Source: a virus. From it: a stretch of DNA of 64,000 nt. A model generated the notes under the pieces. The model was not told the DNA's origin. It saw only the letters and a program-made list of their open reading frames with translations, and did no database searches. A program made the position numbers and the translations under genes. Below are positions 63,937-64,000 of the stretch, one piece after another; the first letter of the stretch is position 1; each line of letters opens with the position of its first letter. The stretch is from positions 125,713 through 189,712 of IMG/VR virus record IMGVR_UViG_3300020477_000014. The stretch is one strand, 5' to 3'.

Positions 63937-64000
63937 AAGTCGGTGACTTGGTACGACATAGACATTTTGGATATATTGGAATTCTTTTGAAACGGATGAA
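63933..64000 (+). CDS. SH3/KOW-like array member, 3'-truncated by the window edge
   Basis: MKVGDLVRHRHFGYIGILL... Confidence 0.7.
   Translation, partial: MKVGDLVRHRHFGYIGILLKRM

Noticed and set aside
59315-64000. CRISPR array or integron attC interpretation of the repeated junctions
   Set aside because: The repeats are degenerate, coding and irregularly spaced. No palindromic attC-type sites, integrase or cas genes are visible in the window.
1-64000. Stop-codon reassignment (alternative genetic code)
   Set aside because: Long conserved genes are intact in code 11, and TAA, TAG and TGA all end genes at expected positions.

Overview
This is a segment of a large dsDNA phage genome with a contractile tail (T4-like or jumbo myovirus style). 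It is almost entirely + strand and reads intact in genetic code 11. 1-12.7 kb is a tail/baseplate module: sheath, tube, gp26-like chaperone with a probable frameshift extension, tape measure, tube initiator, LysM wedge protein and a large hub protein. 12.7-37.2 kb covers replication, recombination and nucleotide metabolism (compact PolA, FtsZ/tubulin-like protein, gp32-like SSB, RecA, 5'-3' exonuclease, DnaB, class II RNR, ThyX, DnaE, PurA, dUTPase, MTases). It also holds an endolysin and a DUF262-MTase-endonuclease insert. 37-51 kb has chaperone/protease genes (ClpP, GroEL, trypsin-like protease) and probable head-packaged proteins. 51-64 kb is an accessory region with tRNA-Leu(TAA), tRNA-Gly(GCC), ClpS and a metzincin lipoprotein. 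It ends in a dense array of small KVGDLV (SH3/KOW-like) paralogues. These are joined by conserved nucleotide junctions, punctuated by triple-TTGACA promoter modules, and preceded by a GC-rich candidate structured RNA. That array is the most unusual feature. All functional calls come from motif recognition by eye; no database search was run, and the host is unknown.
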